Under the pieces are notes generated by a model, which was not told where the DNA came from, did no database searches, and saw only the letters and a program-made list of their open reading frames with translations. A program made the translations under genes and the position numbers. From contig NC_043015.1 in NCBI RefSeq assembly GCF_006345805.1, positions 24,366,001 to 24,430,000 on the forward strand: 64,000 bases of DNA, in the 5' to 3' direction. Below are positions 12,805 through 27,914 of this stretch, piece by piece; position 1 is the stretch's first letter, and every line of letters begins with the position of its first letter. The stretch comes from Octopus sinensis. Its lineage: Eukaryota.

Positions 12805-12805
12805 A
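12455..12805. repeat. Long interrupted (TA)n array
   Basis: Direct reading; similar arrays at about 13220-13700 and 43140-43700. Confidence 0.95.
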
Positions 12806-13253
12806 TATGCCTGCGCGTGCATTTAAATGAGAACGTATGTTGTAAATTTTTGGGAGTGTTATATAGCAACTCAAAAATTAGATATCTTATACCAAATTAT
12901 TCAACAACATACTTCAGTTCCGGTTCGTAAATCTTCGATGCCAATTTATAGCTTGAAGAGAGTTTAACTTACCTTACACATCATTAATTATACGTTCCTA
13001 ACGCCACCACCCCTTCGCTCTGCACGTCACCATTCTAGTTCTGCTATTCGTGCTGGAAAACCTTTATTTCTCATCTGTTATCGTTCTCGCCGCAACTACG
13101 TTTCGATCACACTTCCTAATATATCTCGGGAGCCTTTAACTGTTTCTTGTGATGTATTGTTTCATTACATACAACTGTACCGTGGAGACAACAAGTGTGA
13201 AGAATGATTTTGAAACAATATAAAGAATATATCTAAATATATGTATGTGTGTG

Positions 13254-13323
<70 letters not shown>

Positions 13324-14229
13324 CATATATGTATACATACATATATATATATATGTATATATACTTATATGTATATACATATATATATATTATGTATATA
13401 TGTGTTTATATACACATATGTATATACACACGCATATCTATATATACATATATGACTATATATATGTATATGTGTGTATATAATCGTACGTATAAACAAA
13501 TACACACATACACATATATATTTATAATTATATATATCCATACATATATATATTTATATATATAAATGCATGCATATATATATAATATATATATATATAT
13601 ACTACATATGTTATATATAAATGTGTGTATATATAATAAACTTCTACACATCATATATGTTTAAAGTATGTAAATACATATATGCATATAAACAGATATC
13701 TACTAGATAGTTGTCTTTATATCTATATATGTATACAGTTTCTAGTGTAATATTCAATAACTTTCCAACTCCAATCAGGACAATACATCACTCCAACTTG
13801 CTGACTTGGCGAATCAGATACAACTCAGAAAATTAGTCAAAATATTAATAGAATAATTACTATATTATTTAATTAATCGAAGTGTCTTTTAAATGAAAAG
13901 TCTACTTGAAAATAGTTCTTGAAAACTTAAGTGTTTGCTAGTGAATAAGTTATCTCTTTTGACGACGCACAGTCGGTGTGTTGTAATATTACTGAAGTTT
14001 TTCAAGCCATCTTATTAAGAGATCAAATCGGACAACTTCCTTTTGGTGTATGCATGTCACTGATCTGTACCACACGTGCTTGAAGTGCTTATGCCTCTCT
14101 ATTTAGCTAACTCTGCGAATACAGAAACACACACACATATGCATATGTCTAATGGGGCTGAGGATAATCACGCTTTGAAACCTTAAGTACCATGCTTTTG
14201 TTTGTCCACTCACTCGTACGTGTATATAT

Positions 14230-14420
14230 ATATATATATTGGAATTTACAGAGAAATAAATGACCAAGACAGGTGTGTAGACAACAAGCAGGTGTATTAG
14301 TTCAACGCTCAGGATGGTGAGAAAGTCTTTTACGCTTCGAGCCTACGCTCTTCAACAGAAAGGAATAAGAGAAAATAAACACAGAGAGAATAAAAAAAGA
14401 AACCTTTAGTAGCTAGCGGT
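14230..14420 (-). mobile_element. Short element with a degenerate hammerhead (14327-14362), adjacent to (TA)n
   Basis: Minus strand reads CUUU CUGUUGA A GAGC GUAG GCUC GAAG CGUA AAAG: stems I and II perfect, two core substitutions. Confidence 0.65.
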
Positions 14421-14464
14421 CAATCATGGTGATTGTCATATATATATATATGGCTGTGCGGATA

Positions 14465-14626
14465 GGCGCAGGAGTGGCTGAGTGGTAAGTAGCTTGCTAA
14501 CCAACCACATGGTTCCAGGTTCAGTCCCACTGCGTTGCATCTTGGGCAAGTGTCTTCTGCTATAACCCCGGGCCGACCAATGCCTTGTGAGTGGATTTGG
14601 TAGACGGAAACTGAAAGAAGCCTGTC

Positions 14627-14694
<68 letters not shown>

Positions 14695-14895
14695 ATGTGT
14701 GTGTGTTTGTACCCCTAGTATTGCTTGACAACCGATGCTGGTGTGTTTACGTCCCCGTCACTTAGCGGTTCGGCAAAAGAGACGATAGAATAAGTACTGG
14801 GCTTACACAGAATAAGTCCCGGGGTCGATTTGCTCGACTAAAGGTGCTCCAGCATGGCCGCAGTCAAATGACTGAAACAAATAAAAGAGTAAGAG
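14465..14895 (+). mobile_element. Near full-length family B SINE with internal (TA)n
   Basis: GGCGCAGGAGTGGCTGAGTGGTAAG head through ACTGAAACAAATAAAAGAG tail. Confidence 0.9.
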
Positions 14896-17429
14896 TATAT
14901 ATATATATATATATATTTCACTCAGTTGAAATCATTTCGCTTCTACCGAGAAATTTGGGGAAGAAAATGAGTGTCACAGCCTGTTTGGTGAAGAACTAAA
15001 GTGTATTATAGCAGCATTAGTTTACAGAAACGGTAAATATGAATTAATGAGAAAATCCTTAAACGAAAATATTTGCCAGTTAAGTTCACTCACAAAGTAC
15101 AGGTCTGCCCGGAGCTCTACTAGAAGACATTTGCCGAGGGTTCTGACGAGCAGTATTGAACCCTAAACCATATGGTTGCAAAGTGCACTTCTTAAGCATA
15201 CAGTCAAGCTTGCAGCTCTTTGGATACAAAGGTAGAAATTGAAATTTCTTTAGTAATGCAGTTTCGAAATGGAAATATTAGTTCTTATGCCTTCACCACT
15301 GGTTAGATTAAGATAGAAATTTCTCATGCTTGAAGATTTTGTTAACTTACATGATCCAGCCAGCAGAAATGATGCCAAAGCCACCTACTTCCTTTCTAAT
15401 TTACTACACATAGTTTAGTGTTCCCCAGTTCTTTTACGCATAACTTCCCCATTCATTCGGTTATTCAATATTACTAATTGTTTGTTCAACTGCAGCAAGA
15501 TGTAAACAGTTCATTCATCTTGTTTCCGAATATGGCAGATGATTAAGAATGTGGCACAAAAGATACTTCAAATTAAAACTGATTCATCGAGTAAGAACCG
15601 ATATCGAATGACACAATAATGAAATTCCAACCAGAATTAATAATGTTTTCACATTTTGACACAAGTCCAGTAAGTTCGATGGGAGGGTGTTAGTGGATAC
15701 CATTGACCCCAGTACATTACTGGTAATTCATCTTTATCGGCCCCGGAGGAATAAAAAAGAAAAGTGACTTTAAACACAGAAGGTGAAGAAATACCGGAAG
15801 CAATATCTCTAACATTTTGCTGAAGTCAACAATAACGGATTTGAACTTAGAATATAAGTTAGAAGAAAGACCACATGGCGTTTTCTCCGAAGCTCTAACG
15901 ATTCTGCCAACAAAACAGACTAGTTCCTCATCTGTACATTGTCTACAATTTCTGGCCTAAACGAATTAAAAAAAAAAATTAAAAAACAAAACTAATTGAG
16001 TAGCTAAACAAAATGTCACAAATTTACCAACAAGAATGTAGTTAGCCGTATGTTATTATTGTGGCTTGTAAACCAACCAGGAATATTTGTGTCATTACAG
16101 ATAAACAGATCGACATAAAATACAATTCAAATATCGTGTCCAGAAACAATTATAGATAAATACGTTTATCTTGTAATATTGATTTTCCGACACAACCTTC
16201 GATGACTGACTGAAATGAAGAAATTGTCATACAAGAGTTGCGGGGAATTCATTTAGATTCAGACAAATTAAGCGAAAAGAAAAACAGCAAAATTTGTCAG
16301 TTAGTCAAAAAAATTATATTCATCTTAATTGCAACTTATTTAAAGGGCCAACAAAATTATTATTATAATCAACACCAAACACTGGTATGAAATAGTAGAG
16401 TCAGGTGCCAAGTCTTTTAATCCAATATGTAAAAGAAGCATATGTTCTCATAAATCATTTAGCTTGAATCAATTAATCAAATACTGTTGAATACGTGCCA
16501 ACTGAGAACTTTGATGGATAGAGTCTGTTTGAAAGAGTCTCAGAAAGTTTCCAGTTGTTTTCTCAATGTTTTTGAAGATATAATGGCAGGAAATGGCTAA
16601 TAATCTCCTGTCACTGGTCCACTCATTGAGCTTAAATAGATTGCGAGAATCGTTGCCAATATATTTATTGCTCACAAGTTCGTGTCTTGTTTTATGTAAC
16701 CTGTCCAAGCATCAATTTGATCAGTGAAGTAGTTATAATGCTAAAAGCAATGAATCCAAGGCTAATATTTGACTAATTCCAAGCCAAATTGTGCAAGAAC
16801 CAGTTAATAATTTCGGAGAAAACTGTTATAGTTCTCTCTTTTACTGTCTCTCCCTCTTTACTAAGAGAGGATCGAATCAGAAAACAGAAATTGTAAGCAA
16901 AATTCTCAATTTTATAAGATAATGCCATGTTTCATAAAAGGGGAAACTATCAAGAGAAAATGGTAAAGAACAATTCTTTCTCACATGCTCTTTCTTCCAG
17001 TCTCTTTCTCTTTATTACATTTTCCTATTCCTCTCTCTCTCTCTCTCTCTTCTACAGTATCGTCTCCCTTAATCCGAGCATTTATTTCCAGTTGCAGGTA
17101 TCTCTTATTGTTCATGTTATTAGCCAGATACGCAAATGTCAACAACATTTGTTGTCGATTCAACAATTGAAAAATAAAATTAGCAAAACACCCGATTTTC
17201 TCAACTGAGAGAATCAGGTTCGTATTTTGTTGACAACAAAAATTAAACTGATTTTTTCTATATTTACATAATTGCGCATACACACATAGATGTATGTTTT
17301 CACAAAGGTATATAAATGTATGTGTATGAGTGTGAGTGAGTGTGTGTGTGCGTATGTGTGTGGCTAATCGCATTTCACCTGTCTATGCTCACTCTGACGC
17401 AAGAAGACGTTCTGCTGCGGATATAGTCA

Positions 17430-17463
<34 letters not shown>

Positions 17464-18502
17464 TATACAATGAGAGAGAGAAAGAGAGAAAGAGAAAGAG
17501 GATGAAAGTGAGATACGTTAATAGCGAACAGGAAGTAACATTGACCAATTACAATGCTGGCTTGTTACTTCGCATATTTTTTGTTGAAAAATGGCCGCCT
17601 TAATCGACATCATGACATCATTCGTTCTACAAATTAACTGGAATTTCTTATGTAGTATGTGCATGCGCGCGTGTGTGTGTGTGAAATTTTTCTTGGCCCT
17701 TAAAACAAGCTACGCATCTAGAAAAACTTAACGTAGCAGAGCGTTGTAGCAATATTCGATTATATTTTTCCTATTTAAACACAATTCTTTCAAAATCAAA
17801 AACAAAGAAGTGTGAATCATTTCGTTCTTCGTAATGATTGCAAAATTACTAGCACTTTTCATTGGATCCAGCCTGGCGTGCATGTGTGCATGCGAGCGCG
17901 CGAGCGTGTGTGTGCATATGTATGTGCGTATGAGGGTACAAAAATATCAGCATAAGTATATATATAAACAAATGGAAAGTTAAACACACGAACGCGTGTG
18001 TACGCGCACACACACACACACACACACGCGCAAACACACACGCACACATATACATATATAGCAAGGAATGTAACGCACACTTATACATATATAGCAGTGA
18101 CGAGCTGCTCCCCGGCCGCAAGCTTTGGAATTCAACACGTGATAACAGAGCGATGGCGATCATGATGATCGTCATCATAATTATGAGACCGATGACGCCG
18201 ACTAGGATAAACATCATTATAGTATACCTCAGCGACATCGTCATCTTCATCATCACCCCACCACCATCCTTATCGTCATCATCAATATCACCACCATCAT
18301 CAACATCATCATTATCACTGACTTTGCCATTGCTGTCACTTCTATGATGTCCATCATCAATTTTAATTTAACACTTGAGCTTTCATGCCAGGAGACATTA
18401 GAGGAATCATCTTAACTACGAACTTGCAAAAGTCCCTCTCTCACACATACATACACACGCGCTCGCACACGCTTGTTTGCCCCCCCCCCCACACACACAT
18501 CC

Positions 18503-18533
<31 letters not shown>

Positions 18534-18855
18534 TCTCTCTCTTGCTGTGTTTCTATTTCTCTCTTTCATGCCAAGACCAACGCCTTCTCACAAAGCCGTT
18601 ATTAATCCTAGCATGCAAACTCCTGTGATAACACACGCGCCAATGCCTCGCCTTGTTATGATTGCTGCAAACGAAAATTATGTAATCCGTCAGTTAAGTT
18701 TTATACATGAAACTCCATGATACATAGAATACATCAAAGTATCAGGTGTATATATGTAGTTTTATGGTGGTATCTTTAGAGAATGTAGCGTTAAATACTT
18801 GCTCACCTCTCCACTACAGATTTATATATAAAGGCACATTTACGCATGCAAACAC

Positions 18856-18879
<24 letters not shown>

Positions 18880-18888
<9 letters not shown>

Positions 18889-19201
18889 TCTTTTACTTGA
18901 TTCAGTCATTTCACTGCAGCCATGCTGGAGCACAGCCTTGCAGGATCTTAGTAGAAGAAATCATAATAATAGAACTTATTCTGTCGGTGCTTTTGCCGAA
19001 CCGATAGGTTATGGGGACGTAAACATACCAACGCCGGGTGTGAAGCGGTGATGGGGAACAAACACAGACAAAAAGCCACACGCCCACACACAGAGGTGAG
19101 AGGAGAGTAGAATGAGAGAGAGATCGGAGAGAAGAGTAGAAGGTGAGATGGTGTGAGAGATGGGAGGCGAGAGATGTGTGCCTGTATGTGTGTGTGTCTG
19201 T

Positions 19202-19237
<36 letters not shown>

Positions 19238-19288
19238 ATATATATATGGTGTGTGGGTGTGTATTTAGCCCCCATTGGGCAATAAAGA

Positions 19289-19347
<59 letters not shown>

Positions 19348-19740
19348 CACACACATACATATAGACATACATATGACGGGATTCTTTTAGTTTCTCTCTA
19401 TCAAATCAGTTACAAAACTTTGGTCGGCTCGGGAGTATAGTACAAGACATTTGCCCGCAAGGTGCCACGTTGCGTTACTGAACCTGGAACCATGTAGTTG
19501 GAAAACAAGCTTCTTACCACACACCGATGAACCATTCTTTAACTTCTAACTAGTTTCACTTACGAGGCTTCGGCCTTGCTGGAGCACCGCCTTGAAAAGC
19601 TCTTGGTGAAAGGAATCACCCCCAGTACTTATATTTTTTACGCCTGGAAATTTTTCTATCTTTTCTTTAACTGAACCGCTAAGTTGCAGGTACATAAACT
19701 CACCACACCGGGTGTCCGTCGAAAAGGAATAATCAACATT
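18880..19740 (-). mobile_element. Cluster of family B SINE fragments
   Basis: Reverse-complement pieces at about 18880-19080, 19370-19520 and 19560-19740. Confidence 0.65.
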
Positions 19741-19822
19741 CATGCATATTAAGGTCTATCTTTTGTTTACTTTACTAACCTAATATATCTTTCTACCTTT
19801 CTCTCTGTGTATATATATATAT

Positions 19823-19972
19823 ATAATTGTTAAAGAGGACAACCAGCGTTTAGGCAAGACAAACATCTCAAGTTGTATAAAATATTATTATTGTAAAACT
19901 TTAATAATAATATTGCATACAACTTGAAATGTTTGCTTTACCTTAACGTTGGTTGTCTTCTTTAACAATTAT
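19823..19972. mobile_element. 150-bp foldback / MITE-like element
   Basis: ATAATTGTTAAAGAGGACAACCAGCG... pairs with ...CGTTGGTTGTCTTCTTTAACAATTAT; about 70-bp imperfect arms, TA-flanked. Confidence 0.7.
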
Positions 19973-20102
19973 ATAACCGCTGCATCAGGAAATTGCTAGG
20001 GCCCCATATCTAGCGTCTCGGTTACAACCTTGGAGCCCTACTAATCTGTTACAGCACTCACCTTGCGTACCTAGATCTCCTGTGAACTAAACCACCATAC
20101 TG

Positions 20103-20180
<78 letters not shown>

Positions 20181-20477
20181 ATAAGGACTGCGTAGAGGAG
20201 AACGATGAGGCATTGCCAGTGCACCACTCGACCAGTGTTTCAGATTATCTACACTCAGGAAATGTAAAAACCCAGGAGTCACAACGGTGAAACTTTATGA
20301 GGAGTAAAATATAACGCATGGATTTGGATTACCCCAAGCATGGCCGCAGTCTAATAACTCAAACAAAAGTTAGAAGATAAAATATATATATAACCTTCAA
20401 GGTACAATGTCCGAAACTTTGGGGGAGGGGGCCAGACGAAATACCGTAAGCATCTCGCCCGACGTACTAACGTTACT

Positions 20478-20709
20478 TATTTCTTTATTGTCCAAAAGGG
20501 GCTAAACATAGTTGGGATAAACAAGGACAGGCAAAGGGATTAAGTCGATTACATCGACCCCAGTACGTAACTGGTACTTAATTTATCGACCTCAAAAGAA
20601 TGAAAGGCAAAGTCGACCTTGGCAGAATTTGAACTCAGAACGTAACGGCAGACGAAATAGTGCTATGCATTTCTCCCGGCGTGCTAACGTTTCTGCCAGC
20701 TCGCCGCCT
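20478..20709 (-). mobile_element. Family A SINE
   Basis: Reverse complement of the 1194-1423 element. Confidence 0.88.
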
Positions 20710-20858
20710 TAAAAGATATATGTTTAATGGCTAACAATTTCTATCATTGGTTCACTCAAAATATATTGCGAGAATCATTGCCATCGACTGAAATAAGAAA
20801 AAGATTTTAAAATCTTTCGCTCTCTTCTCTCTCTCCTTCTCCCTCCCTCTCGTGTGTG

Positions 20859-20910
<52 letters not shown>

Positions 20911-20959
20911 ATATATATCTATATATAATATATATAATATATATGTACGTATTATGTAT

Positions 20960-21502
20960 AAACGCAGCGTCATTGTGTTGTAACAAGTTTGCTTCCTAAC
21001 CACATGATTCTGTGTTCAGTCTCACTGCGTGGCACTTGCGCAAATGTCTTCTACCATTGTCTCGGGTCGACCAAAGTTTTCTAAAAGGATTAAGCAGATG
21101 GAAACTGAAGGGAACCGTCCTATGTATATGTCTGTGCTTGTTCGTATATTTTTGTTTCTGCGTTTATATCTCATTTGCCGTTGACAAACCATGTTAGCAT
21201 GTTTACTTATTCAATCAGTCTCTTTTGCTGAACCGCTAACTTACGGGGAGGTAAACACACCAGCATCGGTTGTCAAGGGATATTAGGAGAACAAGCACAG
21301 ACACACAAACATGCACATGCACACATACATACATATATACGACGGGCTTCTTTCAGTTTCTGTCTACCAAATCCACTCACAAGGCTTTACTCGGTCCGAG
21401 GCTATAGTAGAAGACACCTACCTAAGGTGCCACACAGTGGGACTGAACTCGGAACCATTTGGTTGTTAAGCAAGCTACTTACCACATAGCCACTCCTGCG
21501 CC
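20960..21502. mobile_element. Two family B SINEs in opposite orientation
   Basis: Plus copy at about 20960-21200; minus copy at about 21213-21502. Confidence 0.75.
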
Positions 21503-21719
21503 TATTTATATATATAATATATATATATATATATACTATATATATATATAAAATAAATATATAAATATATATATATTTATGTGTGTGTGTAAGAGTGTGT
21601 ATCTGTCTGTCAGTCTATCAATCTATCTTTATATTCTCTCATTTCTCCAAGAAAATCTCCAATTTGTCTAACCCGAAATAATATATTCACATAAAGACAA
21701 CCTGTCAAAATATTTCCCG

Positions 21720-22200
21720 TGATATCTATCCCGCCTCCAATCTCCCTCTCTCTCTCCCCCTCTCTCTCTCCCCCTCTCTCTCTCCCTCTCTCTCTCTCTT
21801 CTTTCTCCTCTTCACTTTGCTCTCTCCCTGTCTACTCTACTCTCTCTCTTTCCTCCCCTTCCCTCTGCTCTCTCTCTCTCACTCTCTCTGTGTCTACTCT
21901 CCTCTCACCCTCATCTTTCTCCTCTTATCTCCTTTCTCTCCCTGTCTAATCACATTTCTTTCGCTCTCTCCGCTCTTTTCAGGCCTACTCTCCCTCTCTC
22001 CTTTCTCATATAACAAACTTTTCTTGATTTCTCTTCTTTATCTTCAATCATTATCATCAATCTTTGTTCATAATCACTATCAGCGCCCCACTCCATACCA
22101 GGTCCTCCATCATTCATATGCTCAATATATACTCTTTCCAACTCCCCCCTTCTCTCTCTCCATCTCTCCCTCACACTCCCTCTCTTGCTTTCTTTTGAAG
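21720..22200. repeat. CT-rich low-complexity tract
   Basis: Direct reading; a similar tract lies at about 26690-27220. Confidence 0.85.
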
Positions 22201-22466
22201 TCTTTCTATATATTTTCAATTCAGGCATGCAGAAACACATATACTCAAATAAGTTTATAGAAGTGTTTGTGCGTGTGTCAGTATGTGTGTATCTATCTAT
22301 ATATCTATATATATATATATGCATGTATGTATGTATCTATTTATCTATCTATTTATCGCGGTATCTTTCTTTGTTCTCTTTTGTCTCTCTCTCTCTCTCT
22401 CTCTACTTCACTCATCCTCTCGGTGTCTGCCTCTTTCCGTGCATATGGGTGCGTGTGAGATAATAC

Positions 22467-22500
<34 letters not shown>

Positions 22501-23340
22501 CTTTAATGCATATATACATATATATGCGTGTGTATAATTGTAATTATGTGCATACATATATATTTTCATAATCACACACACACACACACACTTCTCTTTC
22601 TCTCTCTCCTTCTCTTCTCATATTTCTGCTTCCAACGTTAACACTGATGACTTGTAACTCGGTGTCTCTGCATTAGTTTCATTGTAGACAAATTTACAAA
22701 GGTTGAGTCCGTGTCATTCTATATTAGACGATCTCGTCGTCATTGATGATTACATTGAGCTCCTGTGTCCCCTCGCTTGTTATTGCATCACCAGCATATC
22801 TTTCATTATCTGCCTTTTATCGTCTACTTTTGTTTTCATGAAATAGATAAATGAAAGGAAAAGAGACACGACACATAACATACAAGCACACATACGAACA
22901 TACATACTTACACGCATATAAACACATACACATAAATTATTATGTTATTGGATATTAGGTTACAGTGTGGGTGAGCGGGTAGGTAAAGCTAAAGCGAAAA
23001 TTTCATGTCTGTCTGGTTATCTTTCTATTTATCTATCAATCTATCAGTTCATCTATCTATTTACACACACACGTGTGTGTATAAATATATGTGTGTATAT
23101 ACATATATGTATATTATAATTCATAAGTGCGTGTATATGTGTACATTTATCTACTTTTTCTCTCCTTACTCTCCCTCTCTCTCTCCCTATATGTATGTAC
23201 ACACACACACACATATATATATGTATATTGCGTGTATTTATATATGCGTAAGTATGTATATATATATATATATACTTATATACATATATATATACTTATA
23301 TACATACATATATGTATATATCTATATATATACTTATATT

Positions 23341-23403
<63 letters not shown>

Positions 23404-24659
23404 CGAATATTGCTAGGCAGACTGACAGACAAAGAGATAGATATAAACAGATATATTGAGGTTTGGGTGTGTGCATTTGTGCGTGGTGGGAGAGATAGGG
23501 GGATGAAAACCAATCATGTCGTCCATATTAATACAAGATTTATGAATATACATAGTCTGCTCGTGCCGTAATGACATCACAAGCAAATATGCTTATTGAG
23601 CTTAAATGTATTTAACATGATAATGAAATACAATTAAAATATGGAAAAACGGGTTTCTTTTTCATTGAAAGTATTTACATATTGGAATAATATCCTCGGA
23701 ATTGTATAATCTCGGGTCGTTATACTTTCTTTAGAAATGTTTCTATAGAATAGATTGTCACAAGAAAAGGCACAAGTACAACAGGATCTTAGATTTACAT
23801 AGAGACTGAGAGGCGAACACATAGTTCTCTGTCTTTCTTTCTCTCTTTAACTAACTAACTATACATATATATATAGTGAGACAGAACACACACACTGATA
23901 GTGATAATAATAACCAGTTGTTAGAACTAGATATCCTTATATTGCACAATCAACCAGCATCTTAAAATCAACAAGAGCAACCTCAACGACTAACCGGATA
24001 TGATTTTTAAATGAGAATATCTTAAATAAACCCAACTTCTCTCACTAACAAAAATGCTAAAAATGAACTCGACTGCTCTCCAAAGTTAAGTTTTTAAAAA
24101 AACCGGAAAAATAATCCTTGTCCCGTACCTGATCGATCCCAAAGGTAGTCATGTAATGTGAAAGTGGCTGTAGAAAATTCAGTAACCTTATGAAATAGTT
24201 AATCCTTATGTAATACAAGACAAAATTAACAAATTCACCATTCAAATTAGTTTCAAATGCGGAGGTAATAATAAGTTCTAATCAGGAACTTTTAAACGAA
24301 TAGCATGAGACATTTTGGTTTTCTCTTCTCTTAAATTCTGGCTTTCCTTTAGCATTCCTATTGTTTTATATCGATGTATAAATGTATGTATATATATATA
24401 AGTATATTGTAAAGTGTTAATATTTATGTATAATATATAAGAAAATATACATTATAAAAATATGTTAGTGCTATTTCATATCTGAACAGTTTTGCTGCCA
24501 TTTATATATGTAGTTTGATTTCTTTATCCATCAGTTTCTACTAAGATAGAGACGCGAGTAAAATTAATAATAGGGAAACGAAAATAAAACTTTGAAATCT
24601 GCCTAAAGAGAGATAATTGAGAAATACTTCAAAGTCAACGTAAGATCGTAATCATGTAA

Positions 24660-24870
24660 AGTAAATCTAACAAATAACCCAGAATTCTTGCCTGGGGCCG
24701 GATCAATCCCAAACTCTAATCAATTCTCGCCAGGTACGAGGCCAAACATCCCTGAAAGTTTCATCCGAATCCATCTAGCAGTTCTTGAGATATCTTGTCC
24801 ACGGTCAAACAAACAAATAAACACGACTGAAAGTAATACCCCCGCCTTCGCTGAGGCGGAGGTAATAAAT
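24660..24870 (+). mobile_element. Helentron/HINE-like non-autonomous 3' end
   Basis: AAGTTTCATCCGAATCCATC...TCTTGAGATATC followed by the hairpin CCCCCGCCTTCGCTGAGGCGGAGGTAAT; a related GCGGAGGTAAT lies near 24258. Confidence 0.5.
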
Positions 24871-25081
24871 CAATGAATTAAAAAAGAGCAGCATTAGCTT
24901 ACAGCTGTTTCTATCCGCAGAACTAAGTGTCTAATACTTCATTTAGGTTCCACAGAGCCGTCTTAAAGTACTGCTGTGTTTTTTTTATTATTTATCATGC
25001 GAAGCACATATATTCATACATACTTAGAAAGACAGACAATCAGAACGAAGAGACAGACAGATAGATAGATAGATAGATAGT

Positions 25082-25197
<116 letters not shown>

Positions 25198-26287
25198 CTG
25201 GTGTATTGTTAGGCGTTTCTGATACAGCTGGATGAATCTTTTGATCTATATTCTATGTTTGTTGGAAATTTAGAATAAGGCGGTTTGGTTCAGCTGCCTG
25301 GGCACAGATATTCAGCCTGCTTCGGTATGAGTACCTTTTAACAAAGGAAGAGCATATATACACGCGCGCGCAGAATCATATATATATATACACGGCTGGA
25401 AAGAATAAGAGATTTATACAACACTTTCCCTCCCCTTATATGTACAAATATGCATACACACTCAGACACAGACACAGAGAGGGAGAAAGGAAAAGAATGG
25501 AGAGAAAATGTGAAACATAGAAGAAACGTCAAATGTCAATCAACCTCGAATCACTGACGCCAAAACGGCTGTGCCAAAACGTTTCATACACTCTGGATGG
25601 GTGTATTCATCTATAACTTTGCATAACAAATAAACACTTTACTGGAATATCCCTGGAGCAGGGAGAGATAAGATTTTAACTAACCCTCAAATCTTAAGGT
25701 ACATCTCCTTGGTATAGAAACAGCTATAAGTTAAATGAAGTGATTGCTTAACTCTTGTGACTTCATTCTCAATCTAAAATGATGCGAACTGCAGTGTGAC
25801 CATTGATGTATAACGACATCCGATAGTCTGGTCGATCACGTGATCAGTAACACACCCATGCACATATAGGCGCAGGATTAACTGTATGATTATGGAACTT
25901 CTTTTGCAACAATATCGGGTCAATATTGGTCAAGTTTCTTTAAGCACATAACCGGTGTTGGATCTTTTACGCTCCAGTAACATAGCGGTTCGATAAGAGA
26001 GACCGATAGAATAAATAACAGACTTGCAAAAGAAATGAATACCGGTGTCGACTAAAACACAAGTAGTAGGAGGAGGAAGCTGGAACGGAAGGACAAATTA
26101 AAGGAGGAGGAGAAGGTTGTGATGATGGAAGAAGAAAGGAAGAGGTGGCATTGCCCCAGCATTGCCGTAATCCTGTGACTGAAACAAGTAAAAGATAAAA
26201 GATGTCGTAGCTTTCCACTCTATTCTACATTTTCTTTTCTTTTTTGCTATCAGTTATTTTCCGATTCATCTCATACAATATTAATTA

Positions 26288-26341
<54 letters not shown>

Positions 26342-27914
26342 TAATAATAATATACTAATTATAAATCAGAAATGAATCAAAGCAAAGCACCTTGAAGATA
26401 TTCAATCGACTTTACCTTACTCGATACGATATCAATTCTATCGATGCTAAAAAATATTACCATTTTAAGCTGCTCCGATTAGATCATACACTCATGAAAA
26501 CGCCATTGAATTTAGCAAAGAATTTAATTAAAATGAGTAATTTATAAAAGTTGTAATTATTATTGTCGTTGTTGTTGCAGTTTGAATGATAATATAACCT
26601 TCATTCATAATTCATAATTAGTGAAAGAGTAGAAACATCTATGACAAATAGAAATGCTTCATTCCCGCTAATTATTCCCTTCTCTTCTTAACAATCTTCT
26701 TCTTCTCCTTCTGCTTGTTTCACACCCCCATGGCCACCACCTCCGCCTCTTCCCTTCTTTCTTCTTTCATCATCACAACCTTCTCCTCCTCCTCCTTCAT
26801 ATTGTCCTTCTGTTCTAGCTTCCTCCTCCTAACTCCCCCCCCACGAAATCTCTACCTCCAAATCTTCACATCCTTCCCTACCTCCACCTCACCACAAGCA
26901 CCATCTTCTCTTCTTCCTCCCCCTCCTCCACGTCTTCCTATAACCTTCTTCCTCTTCCTTCTCCTACACCACGTCATCCCATCACCGCATTCTCACCACA
27001 ATTTCCTCCTCTTTCTTCACCACCATATTATTGCCCTCTCCTTTCTCCTCCTATTTCCCTACTACCTCCCCCACTGATTCTGTCTCTTTTTCTCCTCCTT
27101 TCCCTCCTACCTGCCCCTTTCTCCTCCCCTGCTCTATCTTTCTCCTCCCCTTTATCCCGCCTAATCTTCCTCCACCCATCCACCCCTGGAATTGCTGTTC
27201 TTGCTCCGATGTCCCTCAATATTTTATTGCGACGTTTACATGAATGAAAGTTTCCTTTTTGTATTTTAGTTTCATGTTAAATCGGTGAAAATTACGCAAT
27301 TGTAGAGTTCACTGCCAATACCCGGGGTGAAACTAAAAGGTGACTCTACTGTCGTATGATTCAATTTCATTTCAAAATTCTTCTGTTTTAGCAGCGAGAA
27401 ATTCTCCTCAGAAAATGGAATTTTAAAATACCGCGTTAAAAATTAAAACTAGTTAAACATAAACGTTTGCCAAATGAAAAAAAAAGAAGTTTAAAAAGTT
27501 GAAACTTTAATTTCCACGACACAAATTCATTAAAGGTATCCACAATAACAACTCATATGCTGGTGTTATTAGAAACATAGAATAGAAATTTTAATTATGA
27601 GTTAATCATCGATGGACGAGACAATCAAGTAGAAATACATTGCCTTAGCAAATGCTTACTTACTCGAGACTTTAATCCAAAATCAAGTGAGGTGATGAGA
27701 AAAATACCTTTTCTTTACAAGCAAACAAGGTCATTTCAAGGACGCTGTAGCCCAGGGATCCTCGGTGGGTATCCATGTGGCTCTTGGGGTTCCATATAAC
27801 ATTGTTAAAATTTATTTGCAATAAATTGCTTACACTTCTATAAAACACAAAACTTTTTAACATTTCAATAAAATTTCGTATAATATTTCATTATAAAAAT
27901 AGAGAATTTTTTAA

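Noticed and set aside
16200-16800. Protein-like stretch suggesting a decayed membrane-protein pseudogene
   Set aside because: There are many stops in all frames and no family motif I can identify; it needs tBLASTx.
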